Below, piece after piece: positions 52,638 to 64,000 of a DNA stretch of 64,000 nucleotides. Position 1 is the stretch's first letter. Every line of letters starts with the position of its first letter. A model generated the notes under the pieces. That model was not told where the DNA came from and made no database searches. It was given only the letters and a program-made list of their open reading frames with translations. This stretch comes from Eledone cirrhosa (taxonomy: Eukaryota). A program made the position numbers and the translations under genes. The stretch is taken from the NCBI GenBank assembly GCA_964016885.1, contig OZ024741.1, positions 98,022,001 through 98,086,000 on the forward strand, given 5' to 3'.

Positions 52638-55581
52638 TCACTCGGGCCATTCTGCTTCTCTCACCCATCTTTCAACAAAATGCTGGGAAGAGAGCACTTC
52701 CCTCTCTACTCTGATTTTCCTTTTCAAATGAAATTTGAAAAAGTCAATCAGAGCATCACCGAAGATGTAAGTGCTCGTCTTCAGCCCTTTCAAACGTGTC
52801 CACCATACTATCTCTTTCGCCATGGCCACCAGACAGATAAAAACTGCCTGCCCTTCCCGGCTAAAGGAGGAGGGCGGGGCAATCCTCACGATGGACTCAG
52901 ATGATAGCCGGATCCGTCCTAAACGCGACAGCAGGTGTTCGACATAAACCCACAAGTCAGCAATTTTCGGACACTGGACGAGTTCGTGCAGGACGGTTTC
53001 GTCGCCCTGCGCGCATCTCGGACATGCCCGGCTGACGGCACCTCCATGCCTGTAGAGTTTATCCCAAACTGGCAAGGCTCCTCGGTAGCACTGCCAGGCC
53101 AGAGATTTCTGGAAGTTGTCCATAGGCCCTGGCCCGAAAGTTCTTCCGAAGAGATTGGCTAGTTGATTTTCGTCGACGCCTAGAGTTTCCCCAAGTACGT
53201 CGTCGCTCTTCCCCTCCACTAATCCACTATAGAACGCCGAGGTGGAGTTTCCACCGATCACATTGCCCGATTGGTCGAGGGCTGTAAGCGTCTGAAGACA
53301 TTCCAGTCTCCAGGCGCTCCCTCTCGGTCTACGCTTGACCCAGGACTGCAGCTCCGTCAAGGAAACGAGCTGGGGAAATACGTGTCTAGCAAACGGCGAC
53401 CACACCTGATCACCGTCGAGGAAGAGGTGGAGATGTCGTAGCCTGAGCGCGTGCCTGCGCATCATCAGCCACGGCATGCCCAGCCCTCCATGTAGCGGGT
53501 GTTGACAACAGATGGACCGCCTGACCATCGGAGCGCGTCCCTTCCACAAAAAGCGAAAGAGCAAACGCTCCAGCGCAGTCAGGCGAGGCTTAGGACAAGG
53601 TACGACGGTCAGGCTGTAGCAGATGACAGACGCGATGTACGCGTTAGCCACCTCCGCTCGACCTTTCATGGATAGCTTCCTCTCCGCCCATTTCTGGGTG
53701 AGAGAAGCCACCCTGCTCATCACCTCGTCCCAGTTTTTGTCCGTCTGGAGGTCCGGACCGAACCAGACCCCTAGCAATTTAACCGGTCCGTCCATCCAGC
53801 GTCCGATGGTCGACCCTATCGAAAGCTTTCGACTGATCTAAATTGATCAAGGACACACCCGTGCCAGGTTCCCTAGATAACCTCTCTACGATGTATCGCA
53901 TGAGGTGGATGTTTTCGTGGATGGATCTGTCGGGAATGGCGCATGCCTGCGCCTCTCCCACCAGACCACCAACGACAAGCGCCAACCTCTTTGCTAACAC
54001 CTTGGCCAAAATCTTGAACTCTGTGTTTAGCAGAGTTATGGGCCGGAAATTATCTATGTTATCCCCCTTGTTCGGATCCTTTCTCAGCAGTGCCACCGCT
54101 CCTCGGCTCACAGAACTGGGAATTCTCCCGTTCTGTTGCCAGTTGCAGTAGACGTCCGCCAAGAGGCCTCCGAACAAGTCTGGCATCTGTACGTAAAGTT
54201 CATAGGGCAGACCATCCAAACCAGGCGATTTACCCCTTGTGCAGCCAGTCATTGCCTCCCTTACTTCAGCGGCTGTTATCGGCTTTTCGCAACACTTCGC
54301 CTCAGTGGCCGAGAGCCGCGGCAGTCCGTCGAGGTAGACACTAAAGTCCATCCCTCGACCCGGCCCACCGCTGCCCCCGAACAGCTGAGCGAAGTGTCGC
54401 TGAAAAGCTTCACACATTTTCCCGGGATCGAGTAGCATGCGCCCGTCGTGGTCCACCAAATACCGGATCGTGGCTTTGTTGCCACGACGCCCCTCCGCCA
54501 CTCGGGCCCATTGAACGGCTTTCGTCCCCTCGTGTCTGAGAGCACGCACCCTTGCTCTGACAACGCAGCCTTCGTGCTTTGCATTGAAGAATTGGTCAAG
54601 GGCCAATTTCGCCGCAAGCACGTCGGTCGCAATGCCTTTGCTAAGCGCCTCGTCTAATTTTCTAACTAGTTCTCCCTCTGCTCTATTTTTCTCTATTGCT
54701 AAAGCCTTACTAAACCTAATCGATTCTATTCTAATCGCTCTTTTCAGAGCAAACCACCACTTGTTGTTGACGATGGCCCCCGTCAACGCCCGCTTAACTA
54801 GTTCGCTAATCCGGTCTCTGTAGGCCTTGGGCGCTGGTAAGGACGCGTTTAGCTTCCAGTAGCCGGGTCCTCGTCTATGAAGCCTATCTAAGTCAAGCAC
54901 ACAGATCACGAATTTGTGGACTATCTTGAATTGTGGACAGCCTATGCTAGACCTATCTATTTCCCTACAAAATACTCTATCTAGATATGATCTGGATGAC
55001 CCCATACGATTTGTCCAAGTCCACATTGGCACATTCGGGAAATCCAATCGGTACCTGTCAGACAGTTCAAAACGCCTGAGCAGGTTGGTGAGGCTCTTGC
55101 ACCCCCCGCCCCTATCCGCTAATCCCACACAGTCCCAGTGTGCATCTAAGACCCGTTCCAGTCGCCCACTAACACTAAAGAGCGGGACGTTCCAAGAAAG
55201 GTCTCCAGACGCCGGAAGAAATCAGGCCGCCCTGCTCCTGTCGGGGCATAGACAGTCACTAGCCTGAAACTTGCCCGTCTCCGCTGGTCACGTCCAGTAC
55301 CACCAGCTTACCCTCTGGGTCCAGGAAGATGGCCCGTATGGCGAGAACCAAACCTCTCAGAAAAAGCACAGCAGCTCCTCCCCCGATCCAGGACGGCTGG
55401 GAGATGCGTACACCTCGTAGCCGCCGAAGATCGGTGCGAAGGCCCGTGCTTCGGAGATTCTGGTCTCGCTGATGGCCACTACATCTATGTTTAGTGACCT
55501 CAGGTCGTTGAGCAGGTGACCCTGCTTCCATGACGACCCCAAGCCACGCGCATTTATGCTGCCTATTCTGAGTGAGGTCAT
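52638..55581 (-). pseudogene. L1/Tx1 ORF2 (APE, RT, C-terminal Cys motif) with frameshifts and an RT-core deletion
   Basis: SINARGL, VAISET, SYLDRVF, GPGYWKLN, KSPGLDGLP, NFRPITLLNTEFKILAK, DQSKAFDRVDH, then a direct jump to KLLGVWF (QG/YADD region missing); GGLGMP; CPRC...ETVLH...C. Confidence 0.9.
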
Positions 55582-55616
55582 GCTTAAAATAGAGTGGAAA
55601 AGATGGGAATGACCAC

Positions 55617-57541
55617 TTACCGTACTTTTGGTAGAGGAGGGATTGTTTTTACATCCCTTTTCACTTGATCGTCTGGTGAAGGGACCGTTGAATCGTCCCT
55701 TCGGCTGGTCGTCGGGTCTTCTATGAGTATGTCCGAATATACTCTTCGATTGATAGTTCCTCCTAGGTCCCTGAAATCACAAACTTCGTTGGGGAATTTC
55801 GTTTTAATGTTTGTGTATTGTTTCTGTGCTATTTTTAGCAGTCTTATGTTAGTTGGCGTTTTGATTGGTGCTGGTATTATGTAGTCGTGTTGTGAAATGT
55901 CTGTGTTCAATTATGTAAGTCATTAGTTTCTTGTTGTGTGTATTTATTGCCGTGCATTTGTTTTTCTGGGGGTGGGGTGTGGTTCTGCTATTTTCTTGTC
56001 GTTGTTGCTGGGTGTGTGGGTTTTGTTGTTGTGTTTGCGATGTTGGTGCTTGTGGTGGTGGTGTTGAAGGTGTTGTTGGCGGTGGGGTTGTCGCCGGTGG
56101 TGATGCTGGTGCTAGTGTGGGTGGTGATGGTGTTGGTGGTGTTGCTGCTGTGAGTCTCTTTGCAGTAGACTTTACCCTTTTCTCATTTCTTTCCTCCCTT
56201 TTCAAAGGCGAATATGCTCTGCTTCTGCGTTTGTGCCTTCTTACGACCTTTTGCCATCCCTCTCCCACCTCACACTCCATGTCTGATTCTGTGAGGTCGG
56301 GAAGGGGTACCAGCTCCACTCTTTCACTTGTTGTTGTTGGTGATGTTTGCACTGGAGTCTCTGTTGCAGCTGCATTTGGTATTGCTGTTGTTGTTGTTAA
56401 TATTTCCACTGCTGCTGCTGTTTTTGATTTCCGTGGCGTGGGTATGGGTGCCACGGACCTATCGTTCCTGGTTGCCGCTTGTCCTGTTGCTGGTAGCCGT
56501 GTAGCCGGTTTCGGAAGGAGGGGGTTTTCTCCTTTCTCAGGGACTTCTCGTTGCAGAAGGTGAGTCTTCGATCCACAGCGAAAGCATTTCGGGCGTTTTC
56601 CCTCAACACTTATGGGCAGTTGAGTGCCGTTATCGAAGTCTATCACATCCGGGATAGCTTCGATGTACTTCTGGTTGGTTTGGATTAGCATCTCAATGGA
56701 GGTGCTGACCCAATCTTCTTTTACTTTTTTCTGTACTTGCAGTACAGTTGTTTTGTCCTCGATTCCGACGAGGACAGACGCGGCCAGCCAAGAAGGGGCC
56801 ATCCCGGGGGGGGGGGGTCAGTTTGACCCTCACAATTTTTTGCCCGCAGTAGGAGGGCACCAACACCATTTCCTCGCTCCTTAGGGTCACTACGGATTGA
56901 GCCTTTGCCTCCTGGGGTGTGGCAAAAAGTACGTCTACGGTGGCATATTTTTTGCCTCGGGTGATGTGCGTTTTCCTCTGCCACACAGACCCCAAGGCTT
57001 TTTGTCTTTGAGCCTCTGTGGCTCTTTCAACCCTACGGGATTTTGTACTTACTGTACGGTACGTGACCGTACAGTGCTGTTGGGTTTCGAAAAGTTTTTC
57101 CGCTGCCTTGCAGATTGCTCGGTGTCCAGTCTTTGTCACCATCTTCTTCGCTTCCTCTAATTCCTCATTTCTTATGAGGATTGTTTCCAAGTTTTTCGCA
57201 ATACCTGCAAATGAGATTGGTTTTTCTTTGCTGCTGTTGTTGTTGTTGTCGTCAGAGCTGCTGTTACTTTTGTTGTTGCTGCAGGTACTACGACTACTGC
57301 CTCCGCCGCTGTTGCTGTGGTTGTTGTTGGTGTTGCTGCTGCTAATGCTGTTGTTGTTTATGCTGCTGGTGATGCTGTTGCGGCTGCTACTGTTGTTTTC
57401 ATTGTCACTGTTGCTGTTGTTATTACGGCTGCTACTGCTATTATTCCTGACGTCAGACGAATGAACTGGGTTTTCGTATTTCCCGCACACCTGTTTCGTC
57501 GTTGTCGTCGTCGTCGTGGAGAAATCTTGCACGCTTTGCAC
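55617..57541 (-). pseudogene. LINE ORF1 (low-complexity N-terminus, zinc knuckle, Pro/Thr-rich C-terminus), frameshifted
   Basis: SFAGIA, ISVEGKRPKCFRCGSKTH, WQKVVRR; frame change at the poly-G run ~56805-56818. Confidence 0.75.
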
Positions 57542-57899
57542 GAGACTTTTCTTTTTTGTCGTCGCTTACGAAAGAGAAGGGAGGGAGAGAGACAATCTTC
57601 TCTCTGCTGTAGTGATGATTGAGGAAGAAGAAGACGGAATGAGTGGGAGTGACCTATGAAAATTCTTTATCGTAGCCATGTTTTTTTTGTTTTTGTTTAA
57701 AATAAATATTGGGCACAAAACCCCAATAAGCAGTTATTTAACCCCGAAGGGCCAAATAGCGGGCAGAAAGACCCCTCTCACGAGGAGGAGGGTGTTTTTG
57801 TCTACAAGTTCGTTAAAGTTTTAAACAATTAACAATTGTTATAGCGTTCAAAATTTACAATACCTTACAGAGCCGAGCCTCCGTCAATCATAGCATTCA

Positions 57900-58790
57900 A
57901 TAATAATAATAATAATGATTTATTTATTAACCACAAGGGTTTACATAAAGTAGACATTAAGGACAGTACAGGACAATACAGGACGGTACAAATGGCCATT
58001 TCTGCGTGTAAAAAAAGAAACAGAGGATGTAATAATAGAACAATGAAAAAAAACCCAATAGGGGGGAGACTTCCGAGGGACACTGGTGGAGAAAGCCCAT
58101 TAAAAAGCCACAGTGACCCTGACCACCAGGGCAAGTGCCCTCTCCCAGTTTTCCACCTTTAATTTGCAGACACATACTCAGAGTAGGCCCATTCAGTCGG
58201 GCCATTCTTGCCTCTCTCACCCATCTTTCAACAAAATGCTGGGAAGAGAGCACTTCCCTTTCTACCCTGATTTTCCTTTTCAAATGAAGTCTGAAAAAGT
58301 TAATCAGGGCATCACCGAAGAGGTAAGTGCTCGTCTTCAGCCCTTTCAAACGTGTCCACCATACTATCTCTTTCGCCATGGCCACCAGACAGATAAAAAC
58401 TGCCTGCCCTTCCCGGCTAAAGGAAGAGGGCGGGGCAATCCTCACGATGGACTCAGTTGATAGTTGGATCCGTTCTACACGCGACAGCAGGTGTTCGACA
58501 TAAACCCACAAGTCAGCAATGCCTAGACACTGGACGAGTGCGTACAAGACGGTTTCGTCGCCCTGCGCGCATCTCGGACATGCCCGGCTGACGGCACCTC
58601 CATGCCTGTAGAGTTTATCCCGAACTGGCAAAGCTCCTCGGTAGCACTGCCAGGCCAGGGATTTCTGAGCGCGTGTCTGCGCATCATCAGCCACGGCATT
58701 CCCAGCCCTCCACGTAGAGGGTGTTGACAGCAGATGGACCGCCTGACCATCGCAGCGCGTCCCTTCCACAAAAAGCGAAAGAGCAAACGA
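57900..58790 (-). mobile_element. 5'-truncated, internally deleted second copy of the same LINE
   Basis: Closely similar to 52340-53112 and ~53440-53570, with a deletion junction at ~58665; has its own (TAT)n tail. Confidence 0.9.
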
Positions 58791-58935
58791 TTATATATAT
58801 GCGTTGAAATGTCCCTGATCTCCAGCAGACAACTGAAGAAGGGATTGTCCCCCGCTTGTGCTTTCCTTTCAATTTTTAAATACACTTTATCAAGCAACCA
58901 CACAGCTCCCTGTTTCTACCCAATATATATATATA

Positions 58936-58972
<37 letters not shown>

Positions 58973-59083
58973 AGTAACAGTCTAATATTGGCAGCAATTA
59001 CTTTCATTATTTCCCCACCCTCTCTCACTTTCTATTTTTCTATTGCTCACACTTTCTCTTTCATTCAACATTGGCTACATAAT

Positions 59084-59269
59084 TGTTTCTACATTTGGCA
59101 CAATACCAGCAATTATCCAGTATATTACTGGTACTTTATTTTATCGACCCCCGTAAGGATGAAAGGCAAAGTTAACCTCGGTGGGATTTGAACTCAGGGA
59201 CGTAAAGGGACGGAACTATGCTAGAAAGCATGGCATCCAACCCTCTACCGATACTGCCAATTCACCGCC
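59084..59269 (-). mobile_element. Full-length SINE with a 9-bp target-site duplication
   Basis: SINE consensus flanked by ctacataat at 59075-59083 and 59270-59278. Confidence 0.9.
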
Positions 59270-61061
59270 CTACATAATACAGTGAGAAAGGTTACTGAGG
59301 ACAACACATTCCACCCATTTTTCCAGAAATAGACAGACCTTGAGCCAGGGTTTAGTAAACGTTTCTCATAAAAACCAAATTGATATGCCAGTGAAACGTC
59401 AAAGGCCAGCCAATATAACAAACATGGAAATTAGGAATATTTTTTAAATCATCCGTTTGCCATATGTCATTGATGTGTAGCTTCATAACCAACGTAAATG
59501 AGCTGACATTATGATGAAATATGTTGCATTCTTCAATTAAGTGTCCATTATTGAGTTTCTTTCTTTGTTTCTACATATATGAGATACGGTACACCTTCCT
59601 AATTAAACGAGGGTCGGATGAGATTGATAAGAGATTGTTTTACTATTTCTATTAGATGAAGTGACAAGTACAACTTGTAACTAGTGGTTGTTTAATTTAT
59701 TTATTTTCTTTTGTCGGACATTTTCTAGACTCTAACCGTGTTTTAGTTGCAATGCGATGTATTTTCCATCTACCCATTGTTTCCACTATGAAGATTCTAT
59801 CTATACGATCTGTATCTCCAGCCACCATCTCTCCCAGTCGCATCGAATTCATACTTCTTATACAATTTATTAGCAGATGTCTACCTGTTTAGTTAAAACA
59901 TTCGTTGTCCGAGCATTGTTTTCACTGTCAAATTTCAATGAATTAAAATGTTTCCATCATAATTAAGGTTGGACCCAAGCGTTATGAATGGGATTGTGTA
60001 CACTGAATTTATGTTGAAACCCGTTCTGAGCACTGTATTTGAAGTTTGATAGAATAAATTGGCCATTCGGTTTAATTTCGTTGCAGAGAGTTAGGTACCT
60101 TAGTTTTTCTCACCAGTCATAAATTCGTACGAACTATTCAAAATCCGAGGAAACACTAATAGCATTTTCAAATAAATGTGAACCGGAAGCTAAAAATATT
60201 TCTGGTTTTCTGGGTTAATGATTGTTTCACTTTCTCCTACACTAGTACACAGGGAGTAGGCCTTCTACATCGAGGGCTACTCTTATGGGGGATTAGTGCA
60301 CTATTTTGCATTAAAATTGCCCTACAATTTGACCTCCACATCTAGGAACCACACAAAGGGTTCTGTGACATCACTGACGACGTATTTGTTCCATATCCAC
60401 AATTATACTACAGTAAGGATCATGCGTCTTGCCACGCCACTTGGACTGCCATCATTAAGAGGAGCATAGATCTGGCCAATTTTCCGTCACAACTGGAGCT
60501 TGTTGGCCCCGACTGCGAGGATGGTAAACAACTAAACGTGATTATCCGTTTCTAAGTTGAAATGTGCAAGTCACTCATCTGGCACCTCAAATGCCGCGAC
60601 AATTGTTCTGGAGACAAACTTTATATTTTCCAATACAAGACCCATAAAACCAACTTTCTGTTGCACAAGAGCAGGTAAATTATTACAGTTAATTTTGGTG
60701 TGATAATAGAGTCTTAGAATTAACAAATTAGAACATTTAGATTCGCCTCAATAATATGCTAAAATTTTACCAAGATATACTTTACTGCAGCCTCTGTATT
60801 CTTGAAAAAATAAGCTCATTAATTATAAATAATGGGCAATTGCATTTCACCTTGTCCGGTACAGATATCTAATCTCCATCAGTTTCACTTCCTCACCTTA
60901 TAACTTGGCGTCCTCTCATTCTTTCTGTAAAAGATCATCTGTGCACAGCAAAATGGTCTCCGCAAGTTCAAATGCATGATAAGCCGTCTATAATTTTATC
61001 TGGTTCATGGAATATAAAAGTTCGTGAATTTTAAAAAAATGTTTCCATAAAAGAATGTAGA

Positions 61062-61133
61062 TGCCGTGACCAGGATTCGAACCTGGGTTACCACGGCCAC
61101 AACGTGGGGTCCTGACCTCTAGACGATCACGGC
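61062..61133 (-). tRNA. tRNA-His (anticodon GTG)
   Basis: GCCGTGA/TCACGGC-A acceptor stem, anticodon arm ccacg-ttGTGgc-cgtgg, T arm ccagg-TTCGAAT-cctgg; 72 nt; TTTT Pol III terminator ~10 nt downstream. Confidence 0.96.
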
Positions 61134-64000
61134 TAACATCCATCTCTGCTAAGAAAGCGCAATATAGCTGCTTATAAAACAAATAATTGAAACGCAGCAT
61201 CGATGCAGTGAATCTCTCTCTCTCTCTGGAATGTAGCTCTTCTATACTTGATGTCTTCGTTAACACTTTAGAACAAATTTGGTAGGGGATAAAAAAATAC
61301 ATTTAACTCATATCGAATTCATAACCAGCAGTGTATGTCTTGAACAATTTTGAATTATTTTTCCTTCTTTTCCATTTCTGTATGTTGCTTTCAGTGAAGC
61401 ATCAGCTGCGCATCTAGCTTTTTTGCATTGCTCCGATCACTAATAGAGAGTATATACCTGGAAGCACTTGTAAAGCAAATGAAAATTGCAATCATTAGAA
61501 CTGAACATACCAACGTTGAGTTACAGAAAGAGTCAGTTTGTTTCGATAAGTCTTGCTAATGTGTTTGTATGCATATAGGCATACTCGTTTTGCGGCTAAG
61601 ATACAACGGAAGTAGTGTGTTAGATTCCTAAAATGATATCGGTCTTCATAATTACACTTATAACACTCCTACTTATAATCATGCACATACATTTGTTACC
61701 AGAAACTTTGCGTACGCTCACTACTAAAAACTAGAAGAAAACTAAAGTATTACATTTAAGTTCATACATAGATATTATTTTGCATTACAACCAATATATA
61801 TAATTTGTTTAAATCATTGATTTAAACAATAGCAAATATTTAGCGATTAACATAACCTAGTAATTAGGATCATGTGTTCTATGTATTTAGTTAAAAGCAA
61901 TTAGTGTTACTTAGTAATTACAAGAATGAGTGAGAAGAAAATACACAATGGCGCATATATAGTATTAAAAAAAGAAAATAATGTTGGCGCTAGCATATTT
62001 GATATAGTGAAACAAGGAACGTTATGTAATTCAAATTCGACCATTTGTGATGACGAAAATGTCATTTCCTTACAAACTGATTCTGGTAGAAACAAACCAA
62101 AAGCAGTACAGCAATTAATATTAAGTAAACACTAATTAAACGTGTTCATCTGCACGATGAAATAGTTGTAAAATCTAAATAAATAACTTGAATGTATGAA
62201 AACATACTCTATTTCTCGTTCTTTCTTTATATAAATTTGAATGTCTGATAACTGTTGTGGTTTAAAGCATCTAACCTGTATCTGGAAGATTTGGAGTTCG
62301 ATTACTCATAGCAGCCAGTGGCAATTTTTATCCTTCTATAAGAGTCTTCACATTTTTCTCATAAGCTACTTTGCAGCATCTTCGCGCATGAGCATTCCAT
62401 ACTTTATATTAACTGTTGCATTTTTATTTACTTATGGGAACAAAGTAGAATGAAAATAACCAAAAATTAATAAGAATTCGTTTTCATTTATCTTAAAGAA
62501 GATTTAGTCCATTTCTATTTAATGCAAAATCTTGTGAGTATTAAGTAAAGTAATTATCCATATTCAAACTTCTATTACAAACTAGCATATCAAATTAGAA
62601 GTCGTAAATTTATACTGAACGTCAAAGAAATGCCTCATACTTAATTTGCAAACATTATTTACAAGTAGGATAAGCATGCTATGGTTTTGCATGAAGATTA
62701 GGAACCCAAAATACCCTGCTTTCTTCGTTGATTTAGGGTCATTTTGTATGAGGAGGAATAGGCAATTATGTTTTATTTGACAAGAAAATCTGAATCCTTA
62801 ATTCGAGATGAGAGAAATAGAGCAAATACGATCAATTTATGAACATGTTCCTTTGAGTTAGAAGAAATGTCAAAACAGATTCGTAGGAAAAGTCGATAGA
62901 CAGGCCAATGAAAAACTGGCAGAAATATAGAAGATAATAGTTTACAAAGAAATGTGAAATGTGTTGACATAATATAGAAAATCCATGAGTTCATCCCTGA
63001 AGAATGAGCTGGAGCTGGGGCAGCTGTATTGATAGGTTTATAGAAATTGGCAGTAAAATAAATATCGCACGTTAGAGATGTTTTATGTTAATGTTAATTG
63101 TTGTGGGAGGGAGTGGGGAGGAAGTAATGACTGACGTAATAGTATGCGATTAAAGTATTTGGCTCTGAAACCTGTTGAAATTTGGTAAATGGTGCCGTAT
63201 AAGAAGGTATTACTGAAATACTTCCTAATAGAATTATCACCTTGGTTCACCTGCTTTGTTATGTCACTTCTATTCTGATAGTATCCTAGTGCATGGTGTT
63301 AGAGGACATAGATGTTAAGATGTTGAGCACATTTACAAATGGAAAAAAAGATCTATATTCCAGCAACACGTCTTCACAAATAAACTGATAGAGTTGATCT
63401 TAACTTAGTCATGTGTCTATGTTGAGCTAACTTGTTTGATCGCAGTATTTGTACTTTATTTAACTAAAATGGGGCTTAAGATACGCTATTCAGAAACTAG
63501 CAGATGAGTGTTCAATTCCTCCAGATGGCATAGATGTGTTACAAGAAATGGGAAATAAATAAAAGGAAACTGCATCTTGTGTATATGAGTACCACCAAGC
63601 AACCTTTTCATAAATTTCTATATGACAAATAGCACGTGCTTAAATCCGCTGCAACAATTCCATTGGGTGCGTTACAAAACACTCGTTTCTTGTAATTTGA
63701 CTGCAAGAAGAAGTAAGATACCAACATTCTCTAGGAATATTACATTAATACATAAGAAATAAGATTCATATCTAAAATATGATTCTCTTTAGCCATATAA
63801 AGCTTTGACTGATGTTGTTCATTGTCAATCAAAATATCACTTCATATTGGAGACTAGTCTGAGAGCTGCAGGATACCTCCAGGCAGGCTGACAAAGCATT
63901 GTCATTTTACCCTTCACTTAAACCATTTTACTTCACTTTTGTTAATAATATCGTTGGTTAAATGTTTAAAATTACTCTTCCTAATCCACTTAATTTTACA

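Larger units (their letters stand above)
52320..57895 (-). mobile_element. Near full-length L1/Tx1-type LINE (ORF1, APE-RT-Zn ORF2, (TAT)n tail), disrupted; 5' boundary uncertain
   Basis: See ORF1 and ORF2 entries; tail visible as (aat)n at 52321-52360 on the plus strand. Confidence 0.92.

Overview
AT-rich, microsatellite-dense animal genomic DNA, most likely octopus (inferred from the tRNA-head/Deu-Nin-core SINE family and the (TA)n/(CATA)n/(AG)n load). I can support no host protein-coding gene; most ORF-track entries are microsatellite artefacts. The window is a nest of mobile elements: two near-complete but frameshifted Penelope-like retroelements (RT + C-terminal GIY-YIG), a near full-length L1/Tx1-type LINE plus several fragments, an R4/Dong-type RLE fragment, a non-autonomous Helitron, DNA-transposase remnants, many SINEs (two tandem arrays) and one intact tRNA-His(GTG). 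The main signal outside the ORF track is RNA structure. By eye there are six well-formed and several degenerate type I hammerhead ribozyme (HHR) motifs from at least four unrelated (TA)n-associated repeat families. They include a ~318-nt retrozyme-like tandem unit and a ~190-bp family in which the HHR's CUGANGA box is replaced by the reverse complement of its other half, giving a long hairpin. All alignments and folds were done by eye, so boundaries are approximate.
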